The notes beneath the pieces were generated by a model. That model had not been told where the DNA came from. It made no database searches and was given only the letters and a program-made list of their open reading frames with translations. Positions 19,262-28,568 of a stretch of DNA of 64,000 nt are shown here, piece after piece. The translations under genes were made by a program, and so were the position numbers. Origin of the DNA: Candidatus Latescibacterota bacterium (lineage in GTDB: Bacteria > Latescibacterota > UBA2968 > GCA-2709665); assembly GCA_965208835.1 (NCBI GenBank), contig OZ242358.1, positions 992,001 to 1,056,000 of the forward strand, read 5' to 3'. The first letter of the stretch is position 1; each line of letters opens with the position of its first letter.

Positions 19262-20680
19262 TTACCGTCGAAACCACGGAAGTGATATTTTCGCGAGGTA
19301 GATCACCATGGCGCCTGCAAGGCCCAACGGGAACAGGAATGTCAGCCTGTCCAGAAGACGCGTTCGAAACGGAGGCTGCACAGACCCGTATTTGTTCCGC
19401 GCGAATTCCGTCCAGGACGCCAGGGTCCTGTTGCGCAGCTCTGCATCCCGCCAACGGGCGCCCAGGCGGCCGCAGGCTTCTTCGCTGACGGGTACTCTCG
19501 AGAGGCGTCGAACACGTTCAGGTGTTACGCCTTTTGCAATCGCCGTTTTCCAGGCGTCTTGAAGCTGCTGGTGTGAATCGATCACCATGACGCCGATCAG
19601 ATCGTTTAACACGCGCCATCGGGTTGACGCCTTTTCGGAGTCATAGACGAGCTCCGATTTCCACTCGAACGGGTTCAACGAAACGGCGGCCTGATCGCGG
19701 AACCGCCGATAGAGGTCGGGCAATACCGTAAACCGGTTCAGCGCGGTTTCCACGGGGCCGCCCGTCGCGCCTCTTTTCAGAAACCAGAGTTTCTGGCCTG
19801 AATCCGACATGACGAAATCGACGAAACTCCGTGCCGCCTGCAGGTTGGATGCGCCTTTCAGGATGGCCACCCCGTCAGGATTGACGATGGTCAGGTTGTC
19901 GGGCATCGTGAATCCGATATAGTCTCCTCCAACCCGGCCGACCTGGGCCCAGGCGTAAAAGTCAATGGACAGACCGTAGGCCACCTCGCCGGCCGCGACG
20001 TCCTTGGGCGCCTGGGAGCCGCCTGAGGTGAAATCGCGGACATTGGCCCCCATTGTCGTGATGACCTCCCAGCCCCGCTCCCAGCCATATGCCTGCAGGA
20101 TCAACTCATAGGCCATGTGCACGCTTCCGCTGCTTCTGGGATCTCCCGACCCAACCCACGAATACAACACCGGATCTCCCAGGTCAGCCCACGTCCGTGG
20201 GACCGGCAGATTCACGAGGTCGAGGACGGCCCTGTTGTACACGATTCCGAAACCGGCCAGGGTGGCGCCGTACCAGCGATAGTCCGGATCGTACAGCGGT
20301 ATGCCTCCGATTTTTGGTGGCAATCGATCCAGCACGGCCTCTGGCAGGCGATGAGCCGAACAGAGGCCCATATCGGCGATTTCCATAAACGGGTCCATGC
20401 CTCCGCCGAAAAAGACATCGATACCAATCCCGCCCGGCGCGCGGCGGAATTCCGATTTGATATATCTCAGAATCGAGCTGGTGCCGCCCCCGACGTCAAG
20501 CCATTCCAGGACGACCTCCCTGCCGGTCAGGCTGGAATAGTGGGACCTGAAAGCCGCCTCAAACTCATTCTGTACGCCGTCCGGATGCGGTGAGATCAGG
20601 ACCAGCCGATCTGTCGCGGCCGGTGTTGCGGCGGGAATGAGCGTACAGAAGCAGAACAACGGTAGAATGCGGATCTTCAC
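19262..20680 (-). CDS. ABC transporter substrate-binding protein (Fe3+/SBP_bac_6-like) with C-terminal hydrophobic tail
   Basis: Signal peptide, LISPH, DVFFGGG, GIVYN, DPRSSGS and NPDGVAILKGA. Upstream of the cognate ATPase and permease. Confidence 0.87.
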   Translation of the reverse strand: MKIRILPLFCFCTLIPAATPAATDRLVLISPHPDGVQNEFEAAFRSHYSSLTGREVVLEWLDVGGGTSSILRYIKSEFRRAPGGIGIDVFFGGGMDPFMEIADMGLCSAHRLPEAVLDRLPPKIGGIPLYDPDYRWYGATLAGFGIVYNRAVLDLVNLPVPRTWADLGDPVLYSWVGSGDPRSSGSVHMAYELILQAYGWERGWEVITTMGANVRDFTSGGSQAPKDVAAGEVAYGLSIDFYAWAQVGRVGGDYIGFTMPDNLTIVNPDGVAILKGASNLQAARSFVDFVMSDSGQKLWFLKRGATGGPVETALNRFTVLPDLYRRFRDQAAVSLNPFEWKSELVYDSEKASTRWRVLNDLIGVMVIDSHQQLQDAWKTAIAKGVTPERVRRLSRVPVSEEACGRLGARWRDAELRNRTLASWTEFARNKYGSVQPPFRTRLLDRLTFLFPLGLAGAMVIYLAKISLPWFRR

Positions 20681-20820
20681 GGCTGGTTGACTCGCCTTGA
20701 TTCAGGTGTTAACTTCGCGCGCGCGGCGTCGGCCGGAATGGTACCGAAGCTACCCCACCGTGTCAATTTCTTTCCATGGTCATCGGGATTTGCGAGCAAA
20801 AAAAACGCCGCAATCCGTAG

Positions 20821-20982
20821 GAAGTTGATTTAAAATTACCGGCGAGTTCCCGAGCGCGAGCGAAAAAGTGGCGGTCAAGGCGGGAAAACCCGCCCATATT
20901 TGTCTATACGGGTGGATTTGACCAACGCCGACCGGCGCTTTTGCAGCCGCGCGAAGACCGCTGGGAATTTTAAGACAGCTTC
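20821..20982. mobile_element. MITE family A copy 2 (reverse orientation)
   Basis: GAAGTTGATTTAAAATT...AATTTTAAGACAGCTTC flanked by TAG/TAA. Confidence 0.85.
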
Positions 20983-21022
20983 TAAGATTGAGACGTATAC
21001 GTCGGGCAATGAGACGGACGAT

Positions 21023-22213
21023 TCAAGGACCGATGTCCTCCACGCTTCCGATCCTGTTGCCGGAAGGATCAGCAAACCAGATCTTTCCCAGCCGGTCCAC
21101 AGTCAGCCGCCCCACTCCCGATACCGCAACGGGAAGTTCAAGAATCCTGATGCTGGAAGCCTCCGGATCGAATCTGGCGAAATACCTGGACTGATCGGCC
21201 GCGTACCAGATTCGCCCGTTAAGGTCAACGGACAGCGAGGATGGATCCGGGCCTACTTCGGGCAGGATGTAACTCGCGAAATTCCCCGTCGCCAGAAGGT
21301 CCCACATGTGCAATTGGTACGAATTCGCGGCAAACCAGATCTGATCTCCGTCATCCAACACGAACTGCTTTATCGTCAGATCCTGGATGGGTATCTCGAT
21401 CTCCGCAATCTCTTTTGTTTCCGGATTCATCCGACCGAACTTTCCGACGGCGCGTTCCGAAAACACGAGAATGCCTTCGCTATCGATCAGTATCTCGTCC
21501 AGACCAGCGGATGGCGTGAACACGGGATACTCTTCGAACGTGCCGCGATCGGGATCGAGCCGGCCGATCTGGTTGCCGGATTCCTGTGTGAACCAGAGAT
21601 AACCCTTGCGGTCGAAAACCAGGCCGCTGGGCCGGCTTCCCGGGGTAGGAACGGAATACATCCTGACTTCCTCGGAAATCGGGTCGAGCCGGCCAATCGC
21701 ATTCGCAACAATATCCGTAAACCAGACGACCCCGCGGCCGTCAACGGCAAGACGGGCCGGTTGACCACCGGGGGTCGGCAACGGATATTCGACAAATGTC
21801 CCGGTTGAGGGATCGAAACGACCGATCTGGTTTGCACCCGTTTCTGCGAACCAGACGCGGCCAAGAACGTCGACCACGATATCCCGGGGCTGGCTTCCAA
21901 GTGTTGGTACGGAAAAGACATCGACGGAACCGACAGCGACATCCTCATCTACGTGAGAGTGCATCACCGAAACGTGGGCTCTGTCGTAAAGGCGCGCGAA
22001 GATCAGAAAATCCTGCAGATCAACGGCGCCGTCTCCGTTGAGGTCAAACTGCGTGTCTCCGGTTCCGAATGCCTGCGCCAGGAGGACGAAATCCCCGAAA
22101 TCGATCACGTCGTTGCCGTCGAAATCGATATCCGGAGTGGTCTGCGCCAATACCGTCGATATCAGGATACAGACCCCAAACAACCAGACCGGTATTTTGG
22201 AATGTATACGCAT
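21023..22213 (-). CDS. Secreted Vgb (virginiamycin B lyase)-like beta-propeller with N-terminal dockerin-like EF-hand pair
   Basis: Signal peptide, DFDGNDVIDFGDF and DLNGDGAVDLQDF loops, then about 7 repeats of E(Y/F)PxPT...P..l.vD..G.vWF. Confidence 0.82.
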   Translation of the reverse strand: MRIHSKIPVWLFGVCILISTVLAQTTPDIDFDGNDVIDFGDFVLLAQAFGTGDTQFDLNGDGAVDLQDFLIFARLYDRAHVSVMHSHVDEDVAVGSVDVFSVPTLGSQPRDIVVDVLGRVWFAETGANQIGRFDPSTGTFVEYPLPTPGGQPARLAVDGRGVVWFTDIVANAIGRLDPISEEVRMYSVPTPGSRPSGLVFDRKGYLWFTQESGNQIGRLDPDRGTFEEYPVFTPSAGLDEILIDSEGILVFSERAVGKFGRMNPETKEIAEIEIPIQDLTIKQFVLDDGDQIWFAANSYQLHMWDLLATGNFASYILPEVGPDPSSLSVDLNGRIWYAADQSRYFARFDPEASSIRILELPVAVSGVGRLTVDRLGKIWFADPSGNRIGSVEDIGP

Positions 22214-22266
22214 CTGTCCTTCGCAACGGGAAAACCGCAGAATGTGTGCATTGAATGACGCCCGGT

Positions 22267-23748
22267 TCAACCGCGCTGAATTTCCGTTCGGGCGAGGTCA
22301 AAGATTCCCCTGGCGGCTTCCAGGCGCAAGCCCGGTTCGGCGTTCGTCAGAAAGGTGCGAAGCGTCTTCAACTGCTTCAGGTCGCCGGACTGCGCCAATC
22401 CCCTCAAAGCCGCCGCCTGCAGGCTCGCTTCTTCGTTCTGTGCAAGTATGTCGTTCAATGCTTCAGTCGCCTCTTTCAGCCCGAACTTCCCAAGTGCATC
22501 AATTATGGATTCCCTGATTTCCAGCGACGTGTCCTGATGAAAGGCCCGGACAAGTGCTTCAATCGACTCGGCCGTGCTGATTTTACCCAGAGCCTGCACA
22601 ACCGCCAGCCGAACGGAAAACTCCCTGTTTTGGGAAAACGCGTCCCTTAATGCAGGGATCCGTCGTTCATCAGCGATGATACCCAGGATCTCCGCGGCAC
22701 GCCTTCGAAACGGACGGTGCGTACTCTTCAGGTCTTTTTCCAGTTCCTCCGAAATGTCGAACCCGTGACCGAGCCTGGCCAGGGACCACGCCGCGCTGAG
22801 CCGAAGCGGTTGATTTTCGGGCCCGTAAAAGGCCGACCGCAGGAGTTCCACCGCCGTTGAATCCTGAATCCACCCCAATCCGTCCACAGCCAGCAACCGG
22901 TTCATCGGGTGTCCTTCTTCGAGCAACTGCTCTTTGAGGTACACTCCGATCGTCCTGGCGGACAGTCCTCCCAGCGCTTCCAGGCAGCGGATTCGCAGGG
23001 AATGTTGCCACGTTGTCTGTATCGCTACCGTTTCAAGATGGTCGATCGCCTCGGAGGTTCCAAATTCTTCCAGAGCCTCAACCATGACCAGCGAGGTGGA
23101 AAGCTGACTGGTTTTCAACAGGGTGTCGGCAATGGCGGGCAGACTCTGCAGATCCGCCAGCCTGGCGAGCGCCAATGCCGCGGAAGATCTGACAACAGGG
23201 TCCGGATCCTCTCCAAACGCCCGCCTGAGCACTGGGACAGCTGACGCGTTCCCCAGTTGACCGAATGCGGCGGCGGCCTTGGAACGAACCATGCTCATCC
23301 GGCCATTCCCGAGTGTTTCCGCCAACCAGGGACTCATCGTCTCCGGATTCAGACGTTCCAGCGCAGCCGCAACCTCCACTTTCACGAAAGCGCTCCCGGT
23401 ATTCTCGAAAACGCCCCTGAGTGCGTCGACGGCGCCGGGACCATTGTGTCTTCCAAGCGCTTCGACCGCACGCAGAACCACGATTTCGTCGGGATGGCCC
23501 AACAGGGTCAGGAATGCCGATTGAACATTCGCGCCATCCAACCCGCCCAGAACCGTTACAGCCTCCGCAACCAGGGCGCCGTCCAGCTCGCCGTCCTGAA
23601 CGAGACCCAGCACCGTGTTCAGCGCGTCTTTTTTGGCAAGATCCATTTCCTGACGACTGACGCCGCAACTCCAGGCCCCGACGCAGAACAAAATGAACCA
23701 GGTATACCGCCAGACCGCCCGCGTCCGCGGACGTTTTGAGTTACGCAT
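22267..23748 (-). CDS. HEAT/PBS-lyase repeat lipoprotein
   Basis: Lipobox-like GAWS-C and many vR..Aa.ALg.lg repeats. Confidence 0.85.
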   Translation of the reverse strand: MRNSKRPRTRAVWRYTWFILFCVGAWSCGVSRQEMDLAKKDALNTVLGLVQDGELDGALVAEAVTVLGGLDGANVQSAFLTLLGHPDEIVVLRAVEALGRHNGPGAVDALRGVFENTGSAFVKVEVAAALERLNPETMSPWLAETLGNGRMSMVRSKAAAAFGQLGNASAVPVLRRAFGEDPDPVVRSSAALALARLADLQSLPAIADTLLKTSQLSTSLVMVEALEEFGTSEAIDHLETVAIQTTWQHSLRIRCLEALGGLSARTIGVYLKEQLLEEGHPMNRLLAVDGLGWIQDSTAVELLRSAFYGPENQPLRLSAAWSLARLGHGFDISEELEKDLKSTHRPFRRRAAEILGIIADERRIPALRDAFSQNREFSVRLAVVQALGKISTAESIEALVRAFHQDTSLEIRESIIDALGKFGLKEATEALNDILAQNEEASLQAAALRGLAQSGDLKQLKTLRTFLTNAEPGLRLEAARGIFDLARTEIQRG

Positions 23749-23750
23749 CC

Positions 23751-25127
23751 CTATTCGGCTCCCACCACACAGCGAAACCCGACGTCCGACCGTCGATCAT
23801 CGGGTTCTGCCCAACCTGCCCCAGTGCATTTCGCCCGCTTTTCGTCATCGAGCCACGAGCCACCGTATATTGCACGGAGTTCCCTGTTGTTTCCATACCA
23901 TCCGTCCACCCACTCCCAGACATTGCCCACCATGTCCTTAACGCCATAGACGTTGGGCTCCCCCCGGGCCACTTCCTCGGCCCCGGCGTACCAGGCATGA
24001 CCGGTCCGGGCCCGGGTAGGATCGTAGCGCTTGCCGTAGGAATAGATGTTGCCCGTATCACCCAGACATGCCGTAACCCATTCCTCCGACGTAGGCAGTC
24101 TCCTGCCGAGAGAGCCGCAGTATTCCTGCGCCTGTTCGTGCGTTATTCCGGTGGCCGGCATTCGAAGACCGTTGGAGAATTCATCCGGGTTGTAAGTCGG
24201 GTCGAACGCACGATACGCCGCGACGCTGACTTCGTGCGGATCGATGTAAAAGGTCTTGAAAGCGGAGGTCTCGATTTTAACCATGCCTTCGACCTTGCTG
24301 GCAAAAGCCTCCGCTCTTCGCGCCGCCTCTGCCGCCCGAGCCTGTTCTTCGGCAAGTTCGGCCTCCCGGGCCGTCTTTGCCTTTGCGTCGACTTTGGCCT
24401 TCCGGGCTGCTTCCGCGGCTTTGACCGCGGCCTTCCGCCGGGCGGCTTCCCTGCGGACCCGCGCCTGAATTCTGCGTCGCGCCTCCGCCTCCGCCCTGGC
24501 CAGGCGAGCCCGGTCGGCTTCCGTTAGCGAGCGGGCGCATCGAAAGCCATAGTTCAGCGACTTCAGATCGATTTTCGCCCGCCTCGCGGAACCGCACCGC
24601 GTCAACCTGGGACCGTCGGTCCATGATCCGCCGTACACCTTTTGCATCCCGCCTTCGCCGCCGCCGTCATCAACCCACTCCCACACGTTTCCGGACATGT
24701 CGTACAGTCCTGCCCTGTTTTTTTCGTAGTTCATCACTGCCTTGGGGCCGTCGGTCCAGTTTTTTCGGCCGACCCGCGCGTGGTTTGGGTCGTAGTTGTT
24801 TCCATACGCGTAGGCCGTCCCCTCCAGTCCGCCGCACGCACCGACCCATTCTTCGGACGTTGGCAACCGCTTGCCCTGGGCTTCGCAGTACGCTCTCGCC
24901 TGTGTGAATGTGATTGCGGTGGCAGGCATCCTGGCATCATCGAAATAGGTGTACGCCGGATGATAGTCCGGGTCGAACGCCTTCATCTGTTCGACTGTCA
25001 CTTCATGCCTGCTCATGTAGTAACGATCCTGGCCGGTCTGTACCAGAACCATTTCATCCCCGGGGGGCTGGGCAGGAACCGCCGCCGGAGTGAATGCGAC
25101 CAGAACCGCGATCCATAATCGTTGCAC
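23751..25127 (-). CDS. Secreted protein with two FGE-sulfatase (SUMF1)-type domains and an Ala/Arg/Lys-rich linker
   Basis: Two copies of HEV...YC...GkRLPTSEEW...DMxGNVWEWV...GGSW...GFRC. The GTG start at 25127 is inferred from the signal peptide. Confidence 0.85.
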   Translation of the reverse strand: MQRLWIAVLVAFTPAAVPAQPPGDEMVLVQTGQDRYYMSRHEVTVEQMKAFDPDYHPAYTYFDDARMPATAITFTQARAYCEAQGKRLPTSEEWVGACGGLEGTAYAYGNNYDPNHARVGRKNWTDGPKAVMNYEKNRAGLYDMSGNVWEWVDDGGGEGGMQKVYGGSWTDGPRLTRCGSARRAKIDLKSLNYGFRCARSLTEADRARLARAEAEARRRIQARVRREAARRKAAVKAAEAARKAKVDAKAKTAREAELAEEQARAAEAARRAEAFASKVEGMVKIETSAFKTFYIDPHEVSVAAYRAFDPTYNPDEFSNGLRMPATGITHEQAQEYCGSLGRRLPTSEEWVTACLGDTGNIYSYGKRYDPTRARTGHAWYAGAEEVARGEPNVYGVKDMVGNVWEWVDGWYGNNRELRAIYGGSWLDDEKRAKCTGAGWAEPDDRRSDVGFRCVVGAE

Positions 25128-25128
25128 C

Positions 25129-26124
25129 TCAAAATTCCCCGAGCAATTCCTGGCGTTCTTCACCTTCGCCCAGAATCAGGCTGATATCCCACTCGTACTG
25201 GCCGTTGGCCGGCACGACCCCGCACGCTTTCAGTCCCCACGCGGTATCCAGGCGGTCGACCTGCGACGTGGAGGGCTCCAGCGCCGCGTGGTGGAGGTTG
25301 TTCCATCCCCCCTCGTTTATCCATAAGCCCAGGTGGGGGAGCTTTTTGGCGGGAAACAGAAAACCGATAAACTCCCCGTTCGGGTAGACCAGCGCACAGC
25401 GGCCCTGCTCCAGACGCGTGGAGAAAATCTTCTCGGCTTCCTTCGTACGGCTGGACCGGATTGAAGATCGGTTATAGGCCTTGTCGAGCGTAACGTCCGT
25501 AACCTTGGGCCAGGTGTGTCTTGTCATCGGCGGTCCCAGGCGGTCGTCCGTACTCATGTAGGAAACCACGTCCGTTCCGGAAGGCATCAGGATGCGCGCG
25601 CGAGTTTCCACTTTAAACAGCGGGTGGAACGCGTACACGAACGGCATTTCGAACGGACTTTCATTCCGAACGATGTAAGAAAACCGGACATACGGCTTTT
25701 CACCGCGCGCCAACGTTTCAAAGCGGATGTCCCGCTGAAACACATATGGAAGCCGCACACCTTTCACCCACATCTGCAGGCGTCCCTGTTTGACTTCGTA
25801 CTGCCACGGCAACGTCCAGACCTCTCCGTGGTCCGGAACCGCTACCCCTTCCCAGGGAAAGGCGGGATACGGACAGTCCTCGACCGTGGGAAAACACTCG
25901 TCCGCGCCATCACGTTCGTAATTCTCAAACCTGTCCGCGTAGGTTCGCCTCCGGTGAGGAATATTGGTACGTGAAAGAAACTCCCGCCCGGTTGCCTTAT
26001 TTACAAGGGAGATTATCTTGCCGCCCAATTCGGGCGCGACAACGATCGAGAAATTATCGGTGTCCAGCTTGATTCCCGGTATTTCCGGCGCCAGTTCCAA
26101 CTCTTCCAGTTTGAATTTATCCAT
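25129..26124 (-). CDS. Galactose mutarotase-like protein
   Basis: VAPELGGKIISL, GADECFPT, PDHGEVW, YAFHPLF and ALEPS. Confidence 0.75.
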   Translation of the reverse strand: MDKFKLEELELAPEIPGIKLDTDNFSIVVAPELGGKIISLVNKATGREFLSRTNIPHRRRTYADRFENYERDGADECFPTVEDCPYPAFPWEGVAVPDHGEVWTLPWQYEVKQGRLQMWVKGVRLPYVFQRDIRFETLARGEKPYVRFSYIVRNESPFEMPFVYAFHPLFKVETRARILMPSGTDVVSYMSTDDRLGPPMTRHTWPKVTDVTLDKAYNRSSIRSSRTKEAEKIFSTRLEQGRCALVYPNGEFIGFLFPAKKLPHLGLWINEGGWNNLHHAALEPSTSQVDRLDTAWGLKACGVVPANGQYEWDISLILGEGEERQELLGEF

Positions 26125-26186
26125 GGATCCGTATCCTGTTCTTCGGAAAAAGGACCGAACGGCCGGACGTAACGCCCGCGATCGTC

Positions 26187-26230
26187 CTTTGCAGCCGCGC
26201 TAAGACCGCTGGGAATTTTAAGACAGCTTC
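26187..26230. mobile_element. MITE family A remnant (single end)
   Basis: ctttgcagccgcgctaagaccgctgggaattttaagacagcttc matches the end of copies 2 and 5 and abuts the stop codon at 26231. Confidence 0.75.
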
Positions 26231-27223
26231 TCACGGACGTCGGTCGGGAATTCTCTGTTGAACGATACGGCCAATTTTCGTGACGCCCAGCAGATCGAAA
26301 TATTCCCGATCGTCGTTTCCTGGGCGGAATGATACGTATTCGAGCATCCGTGCGAGTACGCTGTTCTGTTTGGCTACTTCCTCCGGGATGGGAATATTGA
26401 GACGCCCCATCACGTTTTTCAATCGCACCTTTCCCTTACGTATCCACCCGCCGTCGAATGTAATGTCGAGGGATCCCTGCGCCGTACGTATCACCGGGAC
26501 CGAATGCTCGGCCAGTTTCAAATCCCGCAGCGAGGTCCGGTAAACCGCGATCTTGTAGGCATTGGGGCTTCCATGGTCGTCGTAACCGTCCGGATAAAGC
26601 GGTTCCTCGGCCACGATCTCTCCGAGATTGGCATAGAGTTCCTCGGTCCCCAGCGCGGCGGCCTCAAAACTGTAAAGCGACGTGCGGCTCTCGACGTCGA
26701 AGAATTCCGCCCGTACATTCAGATGCATACCCTCGAACGGAGACGACCAGCTGAAGCCGTCGAAATCGCCGATCGTGTGGTTACGCTTTATATAGTAATG
26801 CGCGGCGCACACCACATCCACGTCGGCTGACTGGTCGATCACCTCTCCCAGACGCAATCCTTTCCAGTTGCCCAGATGTCTGACCACGTATCCCCTGGCC
26901 TGCAGCGCCGCACGGATGGCTTCGTATAAGCGGAGTTCGTACCTGCGCGGCATCCGAAACGGGTCTCCCTGCAACTGGCGCGAGAATCCCAGTACAACGC
27001 GACCCGCGTATTGGAGTCCGGGATCGGGGTTCCGGTCCGACGCCAAAACCATGAGCCCGATCCGTTTAGGGCGATATCTCGCAAACGCCTCCTCTGCAGA
27101 ATTCGTCCCTTCGGCGAACGACTCTTTTTTTATGCTCGCACCTTCGCACGGAATCGCGCCGACCCACAACAACCCGCACAAAAGCAGTACGCGCATTAAC
27201 GTGTCCCGTATCAGTCGTCGCAT
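26231..27223 (-). CDS. Hypothetical secreted protein
   Basis: 330 aa ORF overlapping the upstream stop, with a signal-peptide-like N-terminus. No family recognised. Confidence 0.65.
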   Translation of the reverse strand: MRRLIRDTLMRVLLLCGLLWVGAIPCEGASIKKESFAEGTNSAEEAFARYRPKRIGLMVLASDRNPDPGLQYAGRVVLGFSRQLQGDPFRMPRRYELRLYEAIRAALQARGYVVRHLGNWKGLRLGEVIDQSADVDVVCAAHYYIKRNHTIGDFDGFSWSSPFEGMHLNVRAEFFDVESRTSLYSFEAAALGTEELYANLGEIVAEEPLYPDGYDDHGSPNAYKIAVYRTSLRDLKLAEHSVPVIRTAQGSLDITFDGGWIRKGKVRLKNVMGRLNIPIPEEVAKQNSVLARMLEYVSFRPGNDDREYFDLLGVTKIGRIVQQRIPDRRP

Positions 27224-28527
27224 TTCAACCCTTCCAGCAATTCGAGGGTCGCGGATTTGATCATACGTTCACAGGCCGACGTAATCATCAACGTCCCGTA
27301 ATATCGGAATGCGTGGTCAACTTCGTATCCCCCCTCAGGAAACGCCTTCGCCGTTGGCACATATCCTATGCATCCGTTGCTGTACGCCAGAGTGAACGTC
27401 TTTCTAAATGGTGACCCGTGATCCAGCTCCAGTTGATAATCCACGAACATTTCGCCCGGATACGCCACCAGCGCGACCTCTCCAATTCTCATCACCTGAA
27501 TCTCGAACGCCTCAGGCAGCGGCCGGCGGTTTCGAGCCGCACGCAGGTAATCTTCCGCCCATCTGATCTGACCACGGTACTGGCAGATCAGATATTCCGT
27601 GGCTTCGGGGTCCTGCTCTGCCTCCCTCACCCGCGCTTTCTGGTCCTCAAGGGCGCGTTCCGCCTCATCCACGGAAGGGATTCTCGTCGGAAGAAAGATG
27701 ACCTGGCGCGCCACCCCCAGCCCGTTCGACTGCAACGGCTCCGCGTGCCGGGCGGCGTTCACCGCAGCCCCTCCCAGCAGTTCACCCTGCCGAATGGTTG
27801 TCCGCAAGGCGCCGTCCATCGGGGTGCAGTTGATGTCGCCGCAGCAGCCCTGCGCAAACATCGGCAGCGCACCGTCGAGTTCTCGCCGGATCGTCCGCGC
27901 CGCATATCCGGGGAATTCCGCGCTGAACGCCAGACCCCGCAGATTCACGGGGTGGGCCGCCGTCATATACAGAAGCCCGAGCGGGGAACCTGACCGGGCG
28001 TCGACGCGCATGACGTCCACCCAGGGGGCTTCGGCGCCGTCCGGGTTGTGGCCGATCGTCATCCGTCCGTTACGGCGGGCGCGACGGTTTTGGGCGATCC
28101 TGACGGGAGCCCGGCCGACCCGGAGCGAAACCGGCTCCAGCCGGTCCGCCGCCATCCGGACGGCGCCGGCGACCTGCCGGCAAAGCACGTCCTCGTATGC
28201 GACGTCGCGCGATCCCATGCTGCGAAACGACATCACGGTGGGACCGGAATGGGAGTGCGATCCGTTCAGCAGCAGACCATCGCCCGGCACGTCCGCAGCG
28301 CGTTCGACCAGTCCCCGTATCCGATGAACCAGGTCCGGCGCGAATGAAACTAGATCCGACGTTACGATTGCCAGACGCGTCCGACCGTCGTCCAATACCA
28401 GCGCGCGTGCGAACAGGTCGTCGTCAACCGTTTCGGCCGGTCCCTTCCGGTTTCCGAATCCGCAAAGGGAAATGCCGATTGGCGGGGTAATATTGACCTC
28501 GGCAACGCCGGCCTTCAGTTCGCCCAT
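27211..28527 (-). CDS. Neutral/alkaline ceramidase-like hydrolase
   Basis: LKAGVAEVNITPP, DDLFARALVL, SHSHSGP, AAHP, QGCCGDIN, PGEMF and GYVPT..AF.EGGYE. Confidence 0.82.
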   Translation of the reverse strand: MGELKAGVAEVNITPPIGISLCGFGNRKGPAETVDDDLFARALVLDDGRTRLAIVTSDLVSFAPDLVHRIRGLVERAADVPGDGLLLNGSHSHSGPTVMSFRSMGSRDVAYEDVLCRQVAGAVRMAADRLEPVSLRVGRAPVRIAQNRRARRNGRMTIGHNPDGAEAPWVDVMRVDARSGSPLGLLYMTAAHPVNLRGLAFSAEFPGYAARTIRRELDGALPMFAQGCCGDINCTPMDGALRTTIRQGELLGGAAVNAARHAEPLQSNGLGVARQVIFLPTRIPSVDEAERALEDQKARVREAEQDPEATEYLICQYRGQIRWAEDYLRAARNRRPLPEAFEIQVMRIGEVALVAYPGEMFVDYQLELDHGSPFRKTFTLAYSNGCIGYVPTAKAFPEGGYEVDHAFRYYGTLMITSACERMIKSATLELLEGLKCDD

Positions 28528-28568
28528 CAACGGGATCTCCCAGCCCGCTCGCGCAGACCGCTGAACCA

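Noticed and set aside
23751-25127. FGE/C-type-lectin domains as a diversity-generating retroelement target
   Set aside because: No reverse transcriptase or template repeat is present, and the two domains differ throughout rather than only at adenines.
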